Positions 39,572-49,095 of a stretch of DNA of 64,000 nucleotides are shown here, piece by piece. The stretch covers positions 1,408,001 to 1,472,000 of the forward strand of contig CBDFIQ010000002.1 in assembly GCA_965248195.1 (NCBI GenBank). The letters run 5' to 3'. Origin of the DNA: Longimicrobiales bacterium. GTDB taxonomy: Bacteria > Gemmatimonadota > Gemmatimonadetes > Longimicrobiales > Gaopeijiaceae. The notes under the pieces are model-generated. The model was not told the DNA's origin. It was given only the letters and a program-made list of their open reading frames with translations, and did not search any database. The position numbers were made by a program, and so were the translations under genes. How positions within the stretch are numbered: the first letter of the stretch is position 1; every line of letters begins with the position of its first letter.

Positions 39572-41126
39572 CGTCGGAGAGCGCCGTCTGCTCGGGGCCA
39601 GGTATTGCACCCCGTGCAAGATGCGTCCGTTTAGCAAATGGTGCGTCTCAAAAGGGGTGCCAGCCTCTTCTCCATACACGCGCAGCGTCCCATAAAAATT
39701 GCGCGAGCGGGCGATGGTGAAACTCGTGGATTGCACGTGGAGGGTCAGTGTCACTGCGAGGACCAGCCAGCTGAGGCGAATCGTGCCCCAGGCCCACCGA
39801 GGTCGGCCCCCGTACAACGCCGACTCCTTGTCGCCGCTTATGGCCAGGAGCACCAAGGCACCGCAGGCCAACAGCCCCAGGTGCAACTCGACGAGGAGAT
39901 TGAAAACAAGCGGAGCAACGACCCCGACAAGAACGCCACCCAGGACACCACCGGCCGCGATCCACAGAAAATAGCTCGTCAAATACCGCGGGTGGGGTCT
40001 CAGACGGGCGAGCTCTCCATGACAAGCCATACAGCAGACAAACAGGGCCGCCGAATGCACGCCGATCTGTAGCAGGACCGGAGCGTCGACGTCGTAATAG
40101 AGCATCCACACGACCCCGGCCATCGCCGGGATGAGGGCGAAGGTGAATACGGTGCGGTTATACCACCTGTCGTGATCGAAGGCGATGATGAACGACAGGA
40201 GATAAAGGCTCAGCGGCAGTACCCATAGGAACGGGATCGCAGCCACGTCCTGCGACATCTGATTCGTAGCCGCAAGCAGCAAGACCGAAGCGGCCGCGGG
40301 CAATCCCAGCCAGAGCAGGCGGGTGGTCCGCTTGGAACGAGGGGGCCGGTTGTCGGAGGGTACCTCGGTAGCGTCGGCGGTGTCGGATATCGCGAGGGTG
40401 GCTTGCTGTCGCCAGATCCACATAGCGCAGGCGGCACTCAGCATGGCAAAGAGGCCGAAACCCCCGGACCACAGTTGGGTCTGCGCCGTTCGGCCGATCG
40501 CCGGCTCGACGAGAACGGGATAGCTGACGAGTGCGAGTAGCGACCCCACGTTGGACAGGGCGTACAGTCGGTAGGGTGAAACCCCGGGGCGCAGTCGGGT
40601 GAACCAAGCCTGAAGCAGGGGAGACGTAGATGCGAGAACGAGGAACGGCCAACCGAGTGTGACCAGAAGCAAGAGCAGGATCTGCGGGGTGGGCGCATCG
40701 ACCGCTTCTGGTTTCCAGTGTTCCGCGGGCGTGATGGGCAGCAGCGCGAGCCCTACCACCAACAACGCGAGATGTAATGCCGCCTGGCCGCGCGGTCGAA
40801 AATACCGGATGCTGAAGTGGGCGTACGCGTATCCCCCGAGCAAGAGGGCCTGGAAGAAGAGCATCGCGGTAGTCCAGACCGATGGGCTGCCGCCGAACCA
40901 GGGCAGGATGTACTTGGCGATGATCGGCTGGACCTGAAACAGCAAAAAGGCTGCTGTGAAGATCGTCACCGCGAATATGGGCATGCCAACTCCTTCGCTC
41001 CGAAACCGGCTGGTCGGGGCGCTTACCAAGCCACCAGTTTCAAGTATAGGACTGAAACACTTGATGAGTGAAGATTTCCCGACAAGACTTTGAGAGGACG
41101 TTATTCTCAACCCGGGGTGGTACTCC

Positions 41127-41288
41127 ATGAAGGGCTTACTCAACTTTTTTGGGATGTCGGTAGGCGGATGGATCGGCTGGGCCCTAGGCGCCCAGGTTTC
41201 CATCTTTACCGCGTTCATCGTCAGCATGGTGGGGACCGGCTTGGGGCTCTTCTATACCCGGCGTGCACTAAAGCGCCTTCTACCTTGA
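41127..41288 (+). CDS. Small two-TM membrane protein (53 aa)
   Basis: Below ORF-track cutoff: MKGLLNFFGMSVGGWIGWALGAQVSIFTAFIVSMVGTGLGLFYTRRALKRLLP; Gly-rich hydrophobic hairpin with basic tail. Confidence 0.65.
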   Translation: MKGLLNFFGMSVGGWIGWALGAQVSIFTAFIVSMVGTGLGLFYTRRALKRLLP

Positions 41289-41434
41289 AGGCAGGGCCCA
41301 CCCCCCTTTCCATCACCCTCCTAGCCCTTTATCCCCCGCGACTGAACCGGTAGCTTCTCCGTTCGAGCCGATCTCGTCCCACGGTAGGGGAGGGGGCCGG
41401 CGCTCTTTTTTCCGGACGCCGAGGAAGGCCCGCG

Positions 41435-43360
41435 ATGTCCGCCCCCATGATCAACGTGACTCTCCCTGACGGGACCGTCCTCGAAGTCCCCCCGGAGTCC
41501 TCCATCGCCGACGTGGCCGCAGCGATCGGTCCCGGCCTGGCTAAGGCCGCGGTCGCGGGGCAGATCGACGGCGAGACGGTGGATCTCAGTGCCCGCCTCT
41601 CTAGGGACGCCGCAGTCCGCATTCTGACCGAGCGTGACGAGGACGCTCTGGCGGTATTGCGGCACTCTGCCGCGCACGTCCTCGCGACGGCCGTGCGGGA
41701 GCTCCGCCCCGGTGCCGGCATCGGATTCGGCCCTGCCATCGACGACGGGTTCTACTACGATTTCGATGTACCGGAACCGTTCACGCCCGCTGACCTGGAG
41801 ACGTTCGAGGCCAAGATGGCCGAGGTCGCGAAGGCGAATTATGGCTTCGAGCGGCGCGTCGTGAGTGTGGAGGAGGCCCGTGAGCTCTTCTCCGACGATC
41901 CTTTGAAGCTGGAGCGCCTGGACGAGTTCTCGGAGGACGAGATCATCACGGTCTATCAGGACGGACCGTTCCTCGACCTCTGCCGCGGCCCCCACATACC
42001 ATCCACGGGCAGCCTCAAACACTTCAAACTCCTGTCGGGCGCGGGAGCGTATTGGCGAGGCGACGAGAAACGCCAAATGCTCCAACGTATCTACGGGACG
42101 GCCTTCTTCAAGAAATCGCATCTCAGCGAGCACCTCGAGCGTCTCGAAGAGGCCAAAAAACGGGACCACCGCGTCCTCGGGCGTGAGCTCGACCTTTTCT
42201 CGACCGATGCCCGGGTTGGGCCCGGTTTGATCCTCTGGCACCCCAAGGGCGCGATCATTCGGAGCGAGATCGAGCAATTCGAACAGGAGCTGATCCTGCG
42301 ACACGGTTACGATCTGGTCTACACGCCGCACGTCATGAGCGAGCGGATCTTCGAGATTTCCGGACACCTCGAGAACTTCAAGGACGGGATGTTCGGCGCG
42401 CTGGACATGGAGGGCGCCGCGTACCGCCCGAAGCCGATGAACTGCCCCGGACACATCGCCATCTACCAGTCTCAACAGCGCTCCTACCGCGACCTGCCGA
42501 TCCGCATGGCAGAGTTCGGCACCTGTTACCGGTACGAGCGGAGCGGTGTGCTCCACGGAATGCTCCGCGTGCGCGGATTCACGCAGGACGACGCCCATGT
42601 CTTCTGCACCCCGGATCAGGTCCCCGGGGAGATCGAACGCCTGCTGGATCTGGTCGATGAGATTCTGACGGCCTTCGGCTATCCCTACTCGATCTCGCTC
42701 GCAACCAAGCCGGAGGAGAAGGCGCTGGGCACGGACGAGCAGTGGGACTCCGCCGTTCAGACGCTGGCTGATACGCTGGAGTCACGGGGCGTGCCTTTCG
42801 AGTACGACGAGGGCGGGGGAGCCTTTTACGGGCCGAAGCTGGACTTCAAGCTCATCGACGCCATCGGACGGGAGTGGCAGGGTCCGACGGTGCAGCTCGA
42901 CTTCAACCTGCCGGATCGGTTCGAGCTGGAGTACGTCGGCGAGGACAACGAGCGCCATCGGCCCGTCATGCTCCACCGCGTGCTGGTCGGCTCGATGGAG
43001 CGGTTCGTGGGTGGGCTCATCGAGCACTACGCGGGGGCGTTCCCCACTTGGCTTGCTCCCGAGCAGGTCCGCGTGTTGCCCATCTCCGAACATTTTCTGG
43101 ATTCGGCCTCGGACTTGGTGGCGCAGCTCAAGGCCGCCGGCGTCCGCGCCGTCCTGGCCGACCGGGAGACGCTCTCCTACCGTATCCGCGACGCCGAGAT
43201 GCAAAAGATCCCCTACATGGCGGTCATAGGGGAGCGCGAGGCGGAGGCCGGTACGGTGACGGTCCGCAAGCGCGGCGCCGGGAAGAAGCAGGAGATCTTC
43301 GAGCGCGCCGGGTTCGTCGAGCAGGTGAAGGGCGAGATCGAGAGGCGGGCGCTGGAGTGA
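41435..43360 (+). CDS. thrS: Threonine--tRNA ligase
   Basis: TGS domain, HSAAH, DLCRGPH, RDHR, KPMNCPGH, RVRGFTQDDAH, AFYGPKLD. Confidence 0.98.
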   Translation: MSAPMINVTLPDGTVLEVPPESSIADVAAAIGPGLAKAAVAGQIDGETVDLSARLSRDAAVRILTERDEDALAVLRHSAAHVLATAVRELRPGAGIGFGPAIDDGFYYDFDVPEPFTPADLETFEAKMAEVAKANYGFERRVVSVEEARELFSDDPLKLERLDEFSEDEIITVYQDGPFLDLCRGPHIPSTGSLKHFKLLSGAGAYWRGDEKRQMLQRIYGTAFFKKSHLSEHLERLEEAKKRDHRVLGRELDLFSTDARVGPGLILWHPKGAIIRSEIEQFEQELILRHGYDLVYTPHVMSERIFEISGHLENFKDGMFGALDMEGAAYRPKPMNCPGHIAIYQSQQRSYRDLPIRMAEFGTCYRYERSGVLHGMLRVRGFTQDDAHVFCTPDQVPGEIERLLDLVDEILTAFGYPYSISLATKPEEKALGTDEQWDSAVQTLADTLESRGVPFEYDEGGGAFYGPKLDFKLIDAIGREWQGPTVQLDFNLPDRFELEYVGEDNERHRPVMLHRVLVGSMERFVGGLIEHYAGAFPTWLAPEQVRVLPISEHFLDSASDLVAQLKAAGVRAVLADRETLSYRIRDAEMQKIPYMAVIGEREAEAGTVTVRKRGAGKKQEIFERAGFVEQVKGEIERRALE

Positions 43361-43447
43361 CGGCGCGCGGGTTTGCATAGCGCCCCAGACCGAAGAGTCC
43401 ACCGCCTCGGGCGCCATGGAAGTGCTTCACGGACGGCGTTTCGTGTC

Positions 43448-43476
43448 TTGACGGATGCGCCGATCCCGCCGATTCT
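43448..43476 (+). promoter_or_regulatory. Putative sigma-70 promoter for the infC leader
   Basis: TTGACG, 17-bp spacer, GATTCT. Confidence 0.45.
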
Positions 43477-43480
43477 TCTA

Positions 43481-43651
43481 GACCCCGGTGTACGGGGGCC
43501 CAGACAAGACGGAAGCGAGCCGACGCGAACGCGGCTCCACCTTTCGGTTCCACATCCGATGTTGGAAACCGCCGGGTCCTGGACATGGAAGGCCTGTAGG
43601 ATCGCCTGCGGCTTCCGTGACCTCGTGACCCGGAAAGATCCGGGTTTTTTT
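43481..43651 (+). ncRNA. Structured leader RNA upstream of infC-rpmI-rplT, L20-leader-like, ending in an intrinsic terminator
   Basis: AAGC-[gagccg..cggctc]-CA-[cctttc..ggaagg] junction; alternative acggaagc/gcttccgt pairing; terminator acccgga-aaga-tccgggt plus T7. Confidence 0.55.
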
Positions 43652-43711
43652 ATGGATAGGTGCCAGACATCGGGAGGCAGTACTGGGTTCGACTCGTAAA
43701 AGGAGAGGGAT

Positions 43712-44230
43712 ATTAGCCAGGAAAGAATTCGCGTAAATGAGCAGATACGGATCAGCCCGGTTCGTTTGATCGACGACGAGGGTGGACAGGTCGGAATCGT
43801 TTCGATCGAAGAAGCCCGCGAACTCGCCGACGACCGAGGGCTGGATCTCGTGGAAGTGGCTCCCGAGGCTCGGCCTCCCGTGGTCAAACTCATGGACTAC
43901 GGTAAGTACAGGTACGAAGCGCAACGGGCGGCTCGGGAGGCGAAAAAAAAGCAACACCACGTTCAGGTCAAAGAGGTGAAGTTTCGCCCCGGGATCGAGG
44001 ACCACGACTACCAATTCAAGACCCGTCACGCCCGGCGGTTCCTGGAAGAAGGAAACAAGGTCAAGTTGACCATGATGTTTCGGGGAAGGCAGGTGACGCA
44101 CCCCGAGTTGGGAAGGGACGTACTTCTTCGCGTCACCGAAGATCTCAAGGAGGTGGGGAAGGTCGAGACCCGGCCGAGCTTCGAGGGCCGGGTGATGTCG
44201 ATGGTCCTCGCGCCGATCAAGCAGATGTAG
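43712..44230 (+). CDS. infC: Translation initiation factor IF-3 (ATT start)
   Basis: AGGAGAGG then in-frame ATT at 43712: (M)[19 protein letters not shown]...LDLVEVAP...MDYGKY...KEVKFRP. Confidence 0.95.
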   Translation: MSQERIRVNEQIRISPVRLIDDEGGQVGIVSIEEARELADDRGLDLVEVAPEARPPVVKLMDYGKYRYEAQRAAREAKKKQHHVQVKEVKFRPGIEDHDYQFKTRHARRFLEEGNKVKLTMMFRGRQVTHPELGRDVLLRVTEDLKEVGKVETRPSFEGRVMSMVLAPIKQM

Positions 44231-44265
44231 CCAAGGGCCCTACCGGCCCCAGGAGCACGACGGAT

Positions 44266-44463
44266 ATGCCGAAAATGAAGACCAACCGGGGCGCGGCCAA
44301 GCGGATGCGCAGGACCGGTAAGGGAAAAATCAAGAGGATGCGTGCGTACAAGAGCCACATCCTCACCAAGAAATCCACGAAAAGAAAGCGCCGCCTGCGC
44401 TCGGCTACGTTGGTGAGTCGGGCGGACATGGGGCGCATGAAGCGACTCCTTCCAGGGTCGTAG
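44266..44463 (+). CDS. rpmI: 50S ribosomal protein L35
   Basis: [20 protein letters not shown]. Confidence 0.97.
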   Translation: MPKMKTNRGAAKRMRRTGKGKIKRMRAYKSHILTKKSTKRKRRLRSATLVSRADMGRMKRLLPGS

Positions 44464-44481
44464 ACGAAAGGAGAGGTTTCG

Positions 44482-44844
44482 ATGCCGAGAACAACGTCAT
44501 CGCCCGCTCGCAACAAGCGGAAGAAAAAGATCTTCAAGGTGGCCAAGGGATATTTCGGTGGCCGTAAGAATCTCTACCGGACGGCGAAGGACGCCGTTGA
44601 GAAGGGTTGGCAACACGCCTACCGGGACCGGAAGAAAAAGAAACGCACCTTCCGTCGCCTCTGGATCACGCGGATCAATGCCGCGGCCAGAGAGAACGAG
44701 TTGTCCTACTCGAGATTCATGAACGGCCTAAAGCAGGCCGGCGTTGAGCTGGACCGTAAGGTCTTGGCCGATTTGGCCGTCCATAGTCCGGAGGCCTTCA
44801 GCGCATTGGCGGACCGGGCCAAAGAGGGGCTCGGGGTCGGCTAA
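44482..44844 (+). CDS. rplT: 50S ribosomal protein L20
   Basis: [34 protein letters not shown]. Confidence 0.98.
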   Translation: MPRTTSSPARNKRKKKIFKVAKGYFGGRKNLYRTAKDAVEKGWQHAYRDRKKKKRTFRRLWITRINAAARENELSYSRFMNGLKQAGVELDRKVLADLAVHSPEAFSALADRAKEGLGVG

Positions 44845-44866
44845 CGCTCGCCGTCCCCCCGGGTCT

Positions 44867-45913
44867 ATGAGCCAACAGAACTCGCTGATCCAAACACTCC
44901 AGGCCCTGGAGACCGAGGTCCTGTCCGCGATCCGGGCAGCCCCCGACGAGGACACGCTCGAAGCACTGCGGATCTCCTATCTAGGGCGTAAGGAGGGCCG
45001 AATCTCGGGGATCCTCCGAGGTCTCGGAGATCTTACCGTGGATGAGCGGCCGCCGGTGGGCGCGGAAGCGAATCGGATCAAGGAGGCGCTCCAGGAGGCT
45101 CTGAAGGCTCGCGAAGCGGAGATGACCAACGGTACCGACGAGGCCGGGGCGTCGGCTGAGGATCTGACGCTCCCCGCGCGGCACCGTTGGAGGGGGGGCG
45201 TCCATCCGGTCAATCAGGTCATCGACGATATCTGGAGAATCTTTCAGTCGATGGGATTCGTGCGCGCCCGTGGGCCGGAGGCGGACACGGAGTGGTATAA
45301 CTTCCTGGCCTTGAACACGCCGCTCGATCATCCCGCCGCGGACGAGCAGGACACGCTCTACCTGAAGGACTCCCTTCTGCTTCGCAGCCACACGTCGCCC
45401 GTTCAGGTGCGTACGATGGAGAAACATGAGCCGCCCATTCGCATCCTGGCGCCGGGCATGGTCTACCGGAGGGACAGCTACGACGCCACACACACGCCGG
45501 CGTTCGCGCAGATCGAGGGGCTGGTCGTGGATGAGGGGATCTCCTTCATCGACTTCAAGGCCACTTTAGCCGAATTCGCCCGCCGATTTTGGGGTTCGGG
45601 AACGAAGGTGCGTTTTCGGCCCTCGTTCTTTCCCTTCACTGAACCGAGCGCCGAGGTCGACGTAAAACGTATGATCACGATGAAGGACGGGACCCGAGTC
45701 GAGTCCGACTGGATCGAGATCATGGGCGCGGGCATGGTGGATCCGAACGTGCTGGATAACGTCGGCTACGACTCGGAGCGCTACACGGGCTTCGCCTTCG
45801 GCATGGGCCCGGCTCGCATCGCCATGCTCAAGTATGGCGTGCCCGACCTCCGTATGTTCTTTCAGAACGACGTGCGCTTCCTTTCGCAGTTCGCAAGGGT
45901 CAGCGCACCGTGA
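44867..45913 (+). CDS. pheS: Phenylalanine--tRNA ligase alpha subunit
   Basis: LRSHTSPVQ, FRPSFFPFTEPSAE, GFAFGMG. Confidence 0.97.
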   Translation: MSQQNSLIQTLQALETEVLSAIRAAPDEDTLEALRISYLGRKEGRISGILRGLGDLTVDERPPVGAEANRIKEALQEALKAREAEMTNGTDEAGASAEDLTLPARHRWRGGVHPVNQVIDDIWRIFQSMGFVRARGPEADTEWYNFLALNTPLDHPAADEQDTLYLKDSLLLRSHTSPVQVRTMEKHEPPIRILAPGMVYRRDSYDATHTPAFAQIEGLVVDEGISFIDFKATLAEFARRFWGSGTKVRFRPSFFPFTEPSAEVDVKRMITMKDGTRVESDWIEIMGAGMVDPNVLDNVGYDSERYTGFAFGMGPARIAMLKYGVPDLRMFFQNDVRFLSQFARVSAP

Positions 45914-48384
45914 ACCTCTCGTACGCCTGGCTCAAATCGGTCGCGCCGGGTCTGACCGAGAGCCCGGAAGAGCTGGCGGAACGCCTCGCCCTTCTCGGGG
46001 CGCCTGTCGAGGAGATCACTCCGGTGTCGGCCGGACTCGAGGGGGTGATCATCGGCAGGGTGAAATCGGTGCGGGGCCATCCCAACGCGGACCGTCTTTC
46101 CCTGTGCGAGGTCGACAACGGCGAGGAGTTGGTCCAGGTCGTTTGCGGTGCGCCGGTCATCGAACAGGGAGGGTATTACCCGTTCGCGCCCGTGGGCGTG
46201 ACGCTCCCGGGCGGACTCGAGCTCAAGAGAGCCAAGATTCGAGGCGAGTACTCCAACGGGATGCTCTGTTCGGAGAAGGAGCTCGGAATGGGCCGGGATC
46301 AATCGGGCATCATGCTTTTGTCGGGGGAGCTCTTCGCGGGAGAGGCCTCGGCAGGCCAATCACTGATCGACGTGCTCGGCCTCGACGACGTCCGGATGGA
46401 GGTGGAGGTGACGCCGAATCGGGGAGACTGGCTCTCCCACCTGGGGATCGCCCGGGAGGTGGCTCCGGGTGGGGTGGCCGGAGTGGTTCTGGCCCCCATC
46501 CCCGGAGCGAGCACGTTCGACCTCGAGGTCAAGAGTGGCGAGCGCGAAGTGTCCCACGGTGGTGTGAGCATCCGCATCGACGAGCCGGAGCAGTGTTCTC
46601 GGTTCCTCGGCCTGATCATTCGAGGCGTTAAGGTCCAGCCCTCGCCCCCGTGGATGGCGGCCCGCCTCCGGGCCGTGGGCCAGCAGCCTATCAACAACGT
46701 GGTCGACGCGACGAACTACGTCATGCTGGAGATGGGCAACCCGATGCACGCGTATGATTTGGGCAAGCTGGAAGGGTCCAGCCTGATCGCACGGAACGCC
46801 ACCAAAGGTGAAACGATGGAGACGCTCGACGGACTCGAGCACAAGTTCGATACCGAGATGCTGATGATCTGCGACACCGCGGCGCCGCACGGCATCGGGG
46901 GCATCATGGGTGGCATGCACTCCTCGGTCACAGAAGATACGACCGACATCCTTCTGGAGTGCGCCCTCTTCGAGCCGAAGTCGATCCGCCGCACCTGCCG
47001 GGCGCTGGGAATCTCCACGGACGCCAGCTACCGATTCGAGCGGGGGGTGGATCCGGAAGGGCACCTTCCGGCGGTCAAGCGCGCGTTGGAGGTCCTCCTC
47101 GCCACCGTGGGCGGCGAGGTCGATGGTCCGATCATGGAGGTCCTGCCACGACCCTGGGAGGCATCGGCGCTGACGCTCCGGCCCACGAGGGTCGAGCAGG
47201 TGCTCGGAGTCGGCTTCGATGAAGCGGAATTGAAGGCGTTGCTGACGCCGCTCGGGTTCGCGGTCCGAAACGGGGATGGAAAGGCAGAGGGCCGCGGCGA
47301 CCTGAGCGTGATCGTGCCCGGATATCGTAGCTACGATGTCACCCGCGAGATCGACCTGATCGAGGAGATCACCCGGGCGTACGGGTACGATCGCTTTCCC
47401 GAGGAGCTCACCGCGGCGCGCCCGACCACCGTCCCGGACCACCCCCTCTTCGCGCTCGAAGACCGTCTAAGAACCGTACTTTCGGGTGAGGGCCTGTTCG
47501 AAGCAGCTAATCCAGCGTTCGCATCCACACATGAAGGAGAAGTAGAACTCAGCAACCCTATATCAATGGAAGAAAGCAGGTTACGAGTATCACTGGTTCC
47601 CGGCCTGCTCCGGAATGTCGAGTACAATTTCGCTCGGGGAGCGAGAGATGTGCGGCTGTTCGAGCTCGGAACCGTGTTCCAAGCTGCCGGGTCAGGGGAG
47701 CCACCGATCGAGGATCTCCACGTCGCCTTCGTCGTGACCGGGCGCAGGGAGCCCGAGCACTGGTCCGGAGAGGGCCAGGCACTCGACTTCTCGAGTTTGA
47801 AGGGCTTCGTAGAGACCGTTCTTGCCGAGTCGGGGTGGGATGAGCCGGAGTTGAAGGTGCCCGTGGCTGGGGCTGAGGGCTTGGCCCGCGGTTCCGCCGG
47901 CGGCTCAGCCGGGGATCTCTTCGTGCCTGCATCATCCATCGTTCTGACGGCTGAAGACGGCACTCTGACGGGGGCCGCCGGTCAGGTTCGCCCCGACCGG
48001 GTCGATGCGCCCGCTTGGGCCGGCCGGATTTGGGCGATGGAGCTGAAGCTTCCCAGCGAACCGGTGGCCAGGACGACGGCTACCTACCGGCCGCTCTCTC
48101 CGTTCCCGGGCGTGGATCGTGACCTGGCGCTGCTCGTTCCCTATGATGTCCCCACGTCGGGGGTGTCTGACGAAATGCGCGACGTCGGCGGCGCACTCCT
48201 GGAACGGGTCACGGTGTTCGACCTCTACCGGGGAGACGGCGTGGCTGAGGGGCATCGCTCGCTGGGGTTTCGTCTTCGGCTTCAGGCACGGGATCGTACG
48301 TTGAAGGACAAGGAAGTGGATCGGTTGGTGGAAAAAATCGTGAAGCGTCTCCGGGAGGGTCTGGGTGTCGAGCAGCGGGTCTAA
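45910..48384 (+). CDS. pheT: Phenylalanine--tRNA ligase beta subunit
   Basis: HPNADRL, TPNRGD, INNVVDATNY, RFERGVD, DLIEEI, RDLAL, DRTL. Confidence 0.97.
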   Translation: MNLSYAWLKSVAPGLTESPEELAERLALLGAPVEEITPVSAGLEGVIIGRVKSVRGHPNADRLSLCEVDNGEELVQVVCGAPVIEQGGYYPFAPVGVTLPGGLELKRAKIRGEYSNGMLCSEKELGMGRDQSGIMLLSGELFAGEASAGQSLIDVLGLDDVRMEVEVTPNRGDWLSHLGIAREVAPGGVAGVVLAPIPGASTFDLEVKSGEREVSHGGVSIRIDEPEQCSRFLGLIIRGVKVQPSPPWMAARLRAVGQQPINNVVDATNYVMLEMGNPMHAYDLGKLEGSSLIARNATKGETMETLDGLEHKFDTEMLMICDTAAPHGIGGIMGGMHSSVTEDTTDILLECALFEPKSIRRTCRALGISTDASYRFERGVDPEGHLPAVKRALEVLLATVGGEVDGPIMEVLPRPWEASALTLRPTRVEQVLGVGFDEAELKALLTPLGFAVRNGDGKAEGRGDLSVIVPGYRSYDVTREIDLIEEITRAYGYDRFPEELTAARPTTVPDHPLFALEDRLRTVLSGEGLFEAANPAFASTHEGEVELSNPISMEESRLRVSLVPGLLRNVEYNFARGARDVRLFELGTVFQAAGSGEPPIEDLHVAFVVTGRREPEHWSGEGQALDFSSLKGFVETVLAESGWDEPELKVPVAGAEGLARGSAGGSAGDLFVPASSIVLTAEDGTLTGAAGQVRPDRVDAPAWAGRIWAMELKLPSEPVARTTATYRPLSPFPGVDRDLALLVPYDVPTSGVSDEMRDVGGALLERVTVFDLYRGDGVAEGHRSLGFRLRLQARDRTLKDKEVDRLVEKIVKRLREGLGVEQRV

Positions 48385-48691
48385 GAAGCAGATTTCGTCG
48401 GACGGCGTGTCACCGGACCAGGCCGTCGAACGGCTGGAAAAGGCGGTGACCGCCGCGCTCGAACAGGTCGAGCGGCTCAGGGGTGAGGTGGTCCGGATGC
48501 ACGAGCAGGGCGATGCACTGGAGGGTCTGCTCAAGGGTGTGACTTCCGGCAAGGAGGGCCCACGCGAAATGCTCGACAAGCTGCACATCCTCGAAGAGGA
48601 AAATCGTGATCTTCGAAGCCGCCTCGACGAGGGGCGAGCGGGCGTGGACCGAATCTTGGCACGGGTCAAATTTCTGGAGGAGAAGCCGTGA
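48365..48691 (+). CDS. Coiled-coil protein, ZapB-like
   Basis: Heptad-rich sequence located between pheT and zapA. Confidence 0.65.
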   Translation: MSSSGSKKQISSDGVSPDQAVERLEKAVTAALEQVERLRGEVVRMHEQGDALEGLLKGVTSGKEGPREMLDKLHILEEENRDLRSRLDEGRAGVDRILARVKFLEEKP

Positions 48692-48987
48692 CGGAGGCCA
48701 GAAGAGAGTCGGTGACGGTCAGGATCGCCGGCGAGGAGCACACGATTCGCTCGAGCGCCGAGCCGGAGTACACGACGCGTTGCGCGACGTATGTGGATCG
48801 GCGGTTCCACGAAATCAAGAAGCAGGTCGGGCTCCTGGAAGCCCACAAAGTGGCCATCCTCGCTGCTCTTTCGATCACGGATGAGCTGTTTCAGGCACAG
48901 GATACGCAGGAGCAGAGCGGTTCCCAGATCGCCGAGCGGGTGAATGCGCTCGCGGCCCGCCTGGAGGACACCGTTTCCGGCGGCTGA
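48688..48987 (+). CDS. zapA: Cell division protein ZapA
   Basis: VTVRIAGEEHTI, ATYVD, VAILAALSITDELF. Confidence 0.9.
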   Translation: MTEARRESVTVRIAGEEHTIRSSAEPEYTTRCATYVDRRFHEIKKQVGLLEAHKVAILAALSITDELFQAQDTQEQSGSQIAERVNALAARLEDTVSGG

Positions 48988-49095
48988 TCCGGCGCTCCTT
49001 GCGTCCGCAGGAGCCGAAATTCTATTGTCACACAGGACAACGTAAGCTCACCCTTCGGACGCGTGTTCTTCGCGACCGATTTTGGAGCCAATATA

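Larger units (their letters stand above)
37543..40984 (-). pseudogene. Fused multi-TM / spermidine-synthase-like protein C, interrupted by IS256
   Basis: 5' part (AFLLFQVQP, PYRLYALSNVGS, CHGELARLRP, HGVQ) and 3' part (GLGVGTLAAY, FYEIN, GDAR, LDAFTSDAIPVHLLT, WTDDYSNL) rejoin in frame (2058 bp, 685 aa) when the IS and one TSD are removed. Confidence 0.92.

Noticed and set aside
41289..41434. T-box riboswitch before thrS
   Set aside because: No GGTGGNACC T-box sequence and the region is too short for stem I.
48988..49095. 6S RNA at its common position after zapA
   Set aside because: The gap before rny is only about 108 bp, too short, and shows no rod-like pairing.
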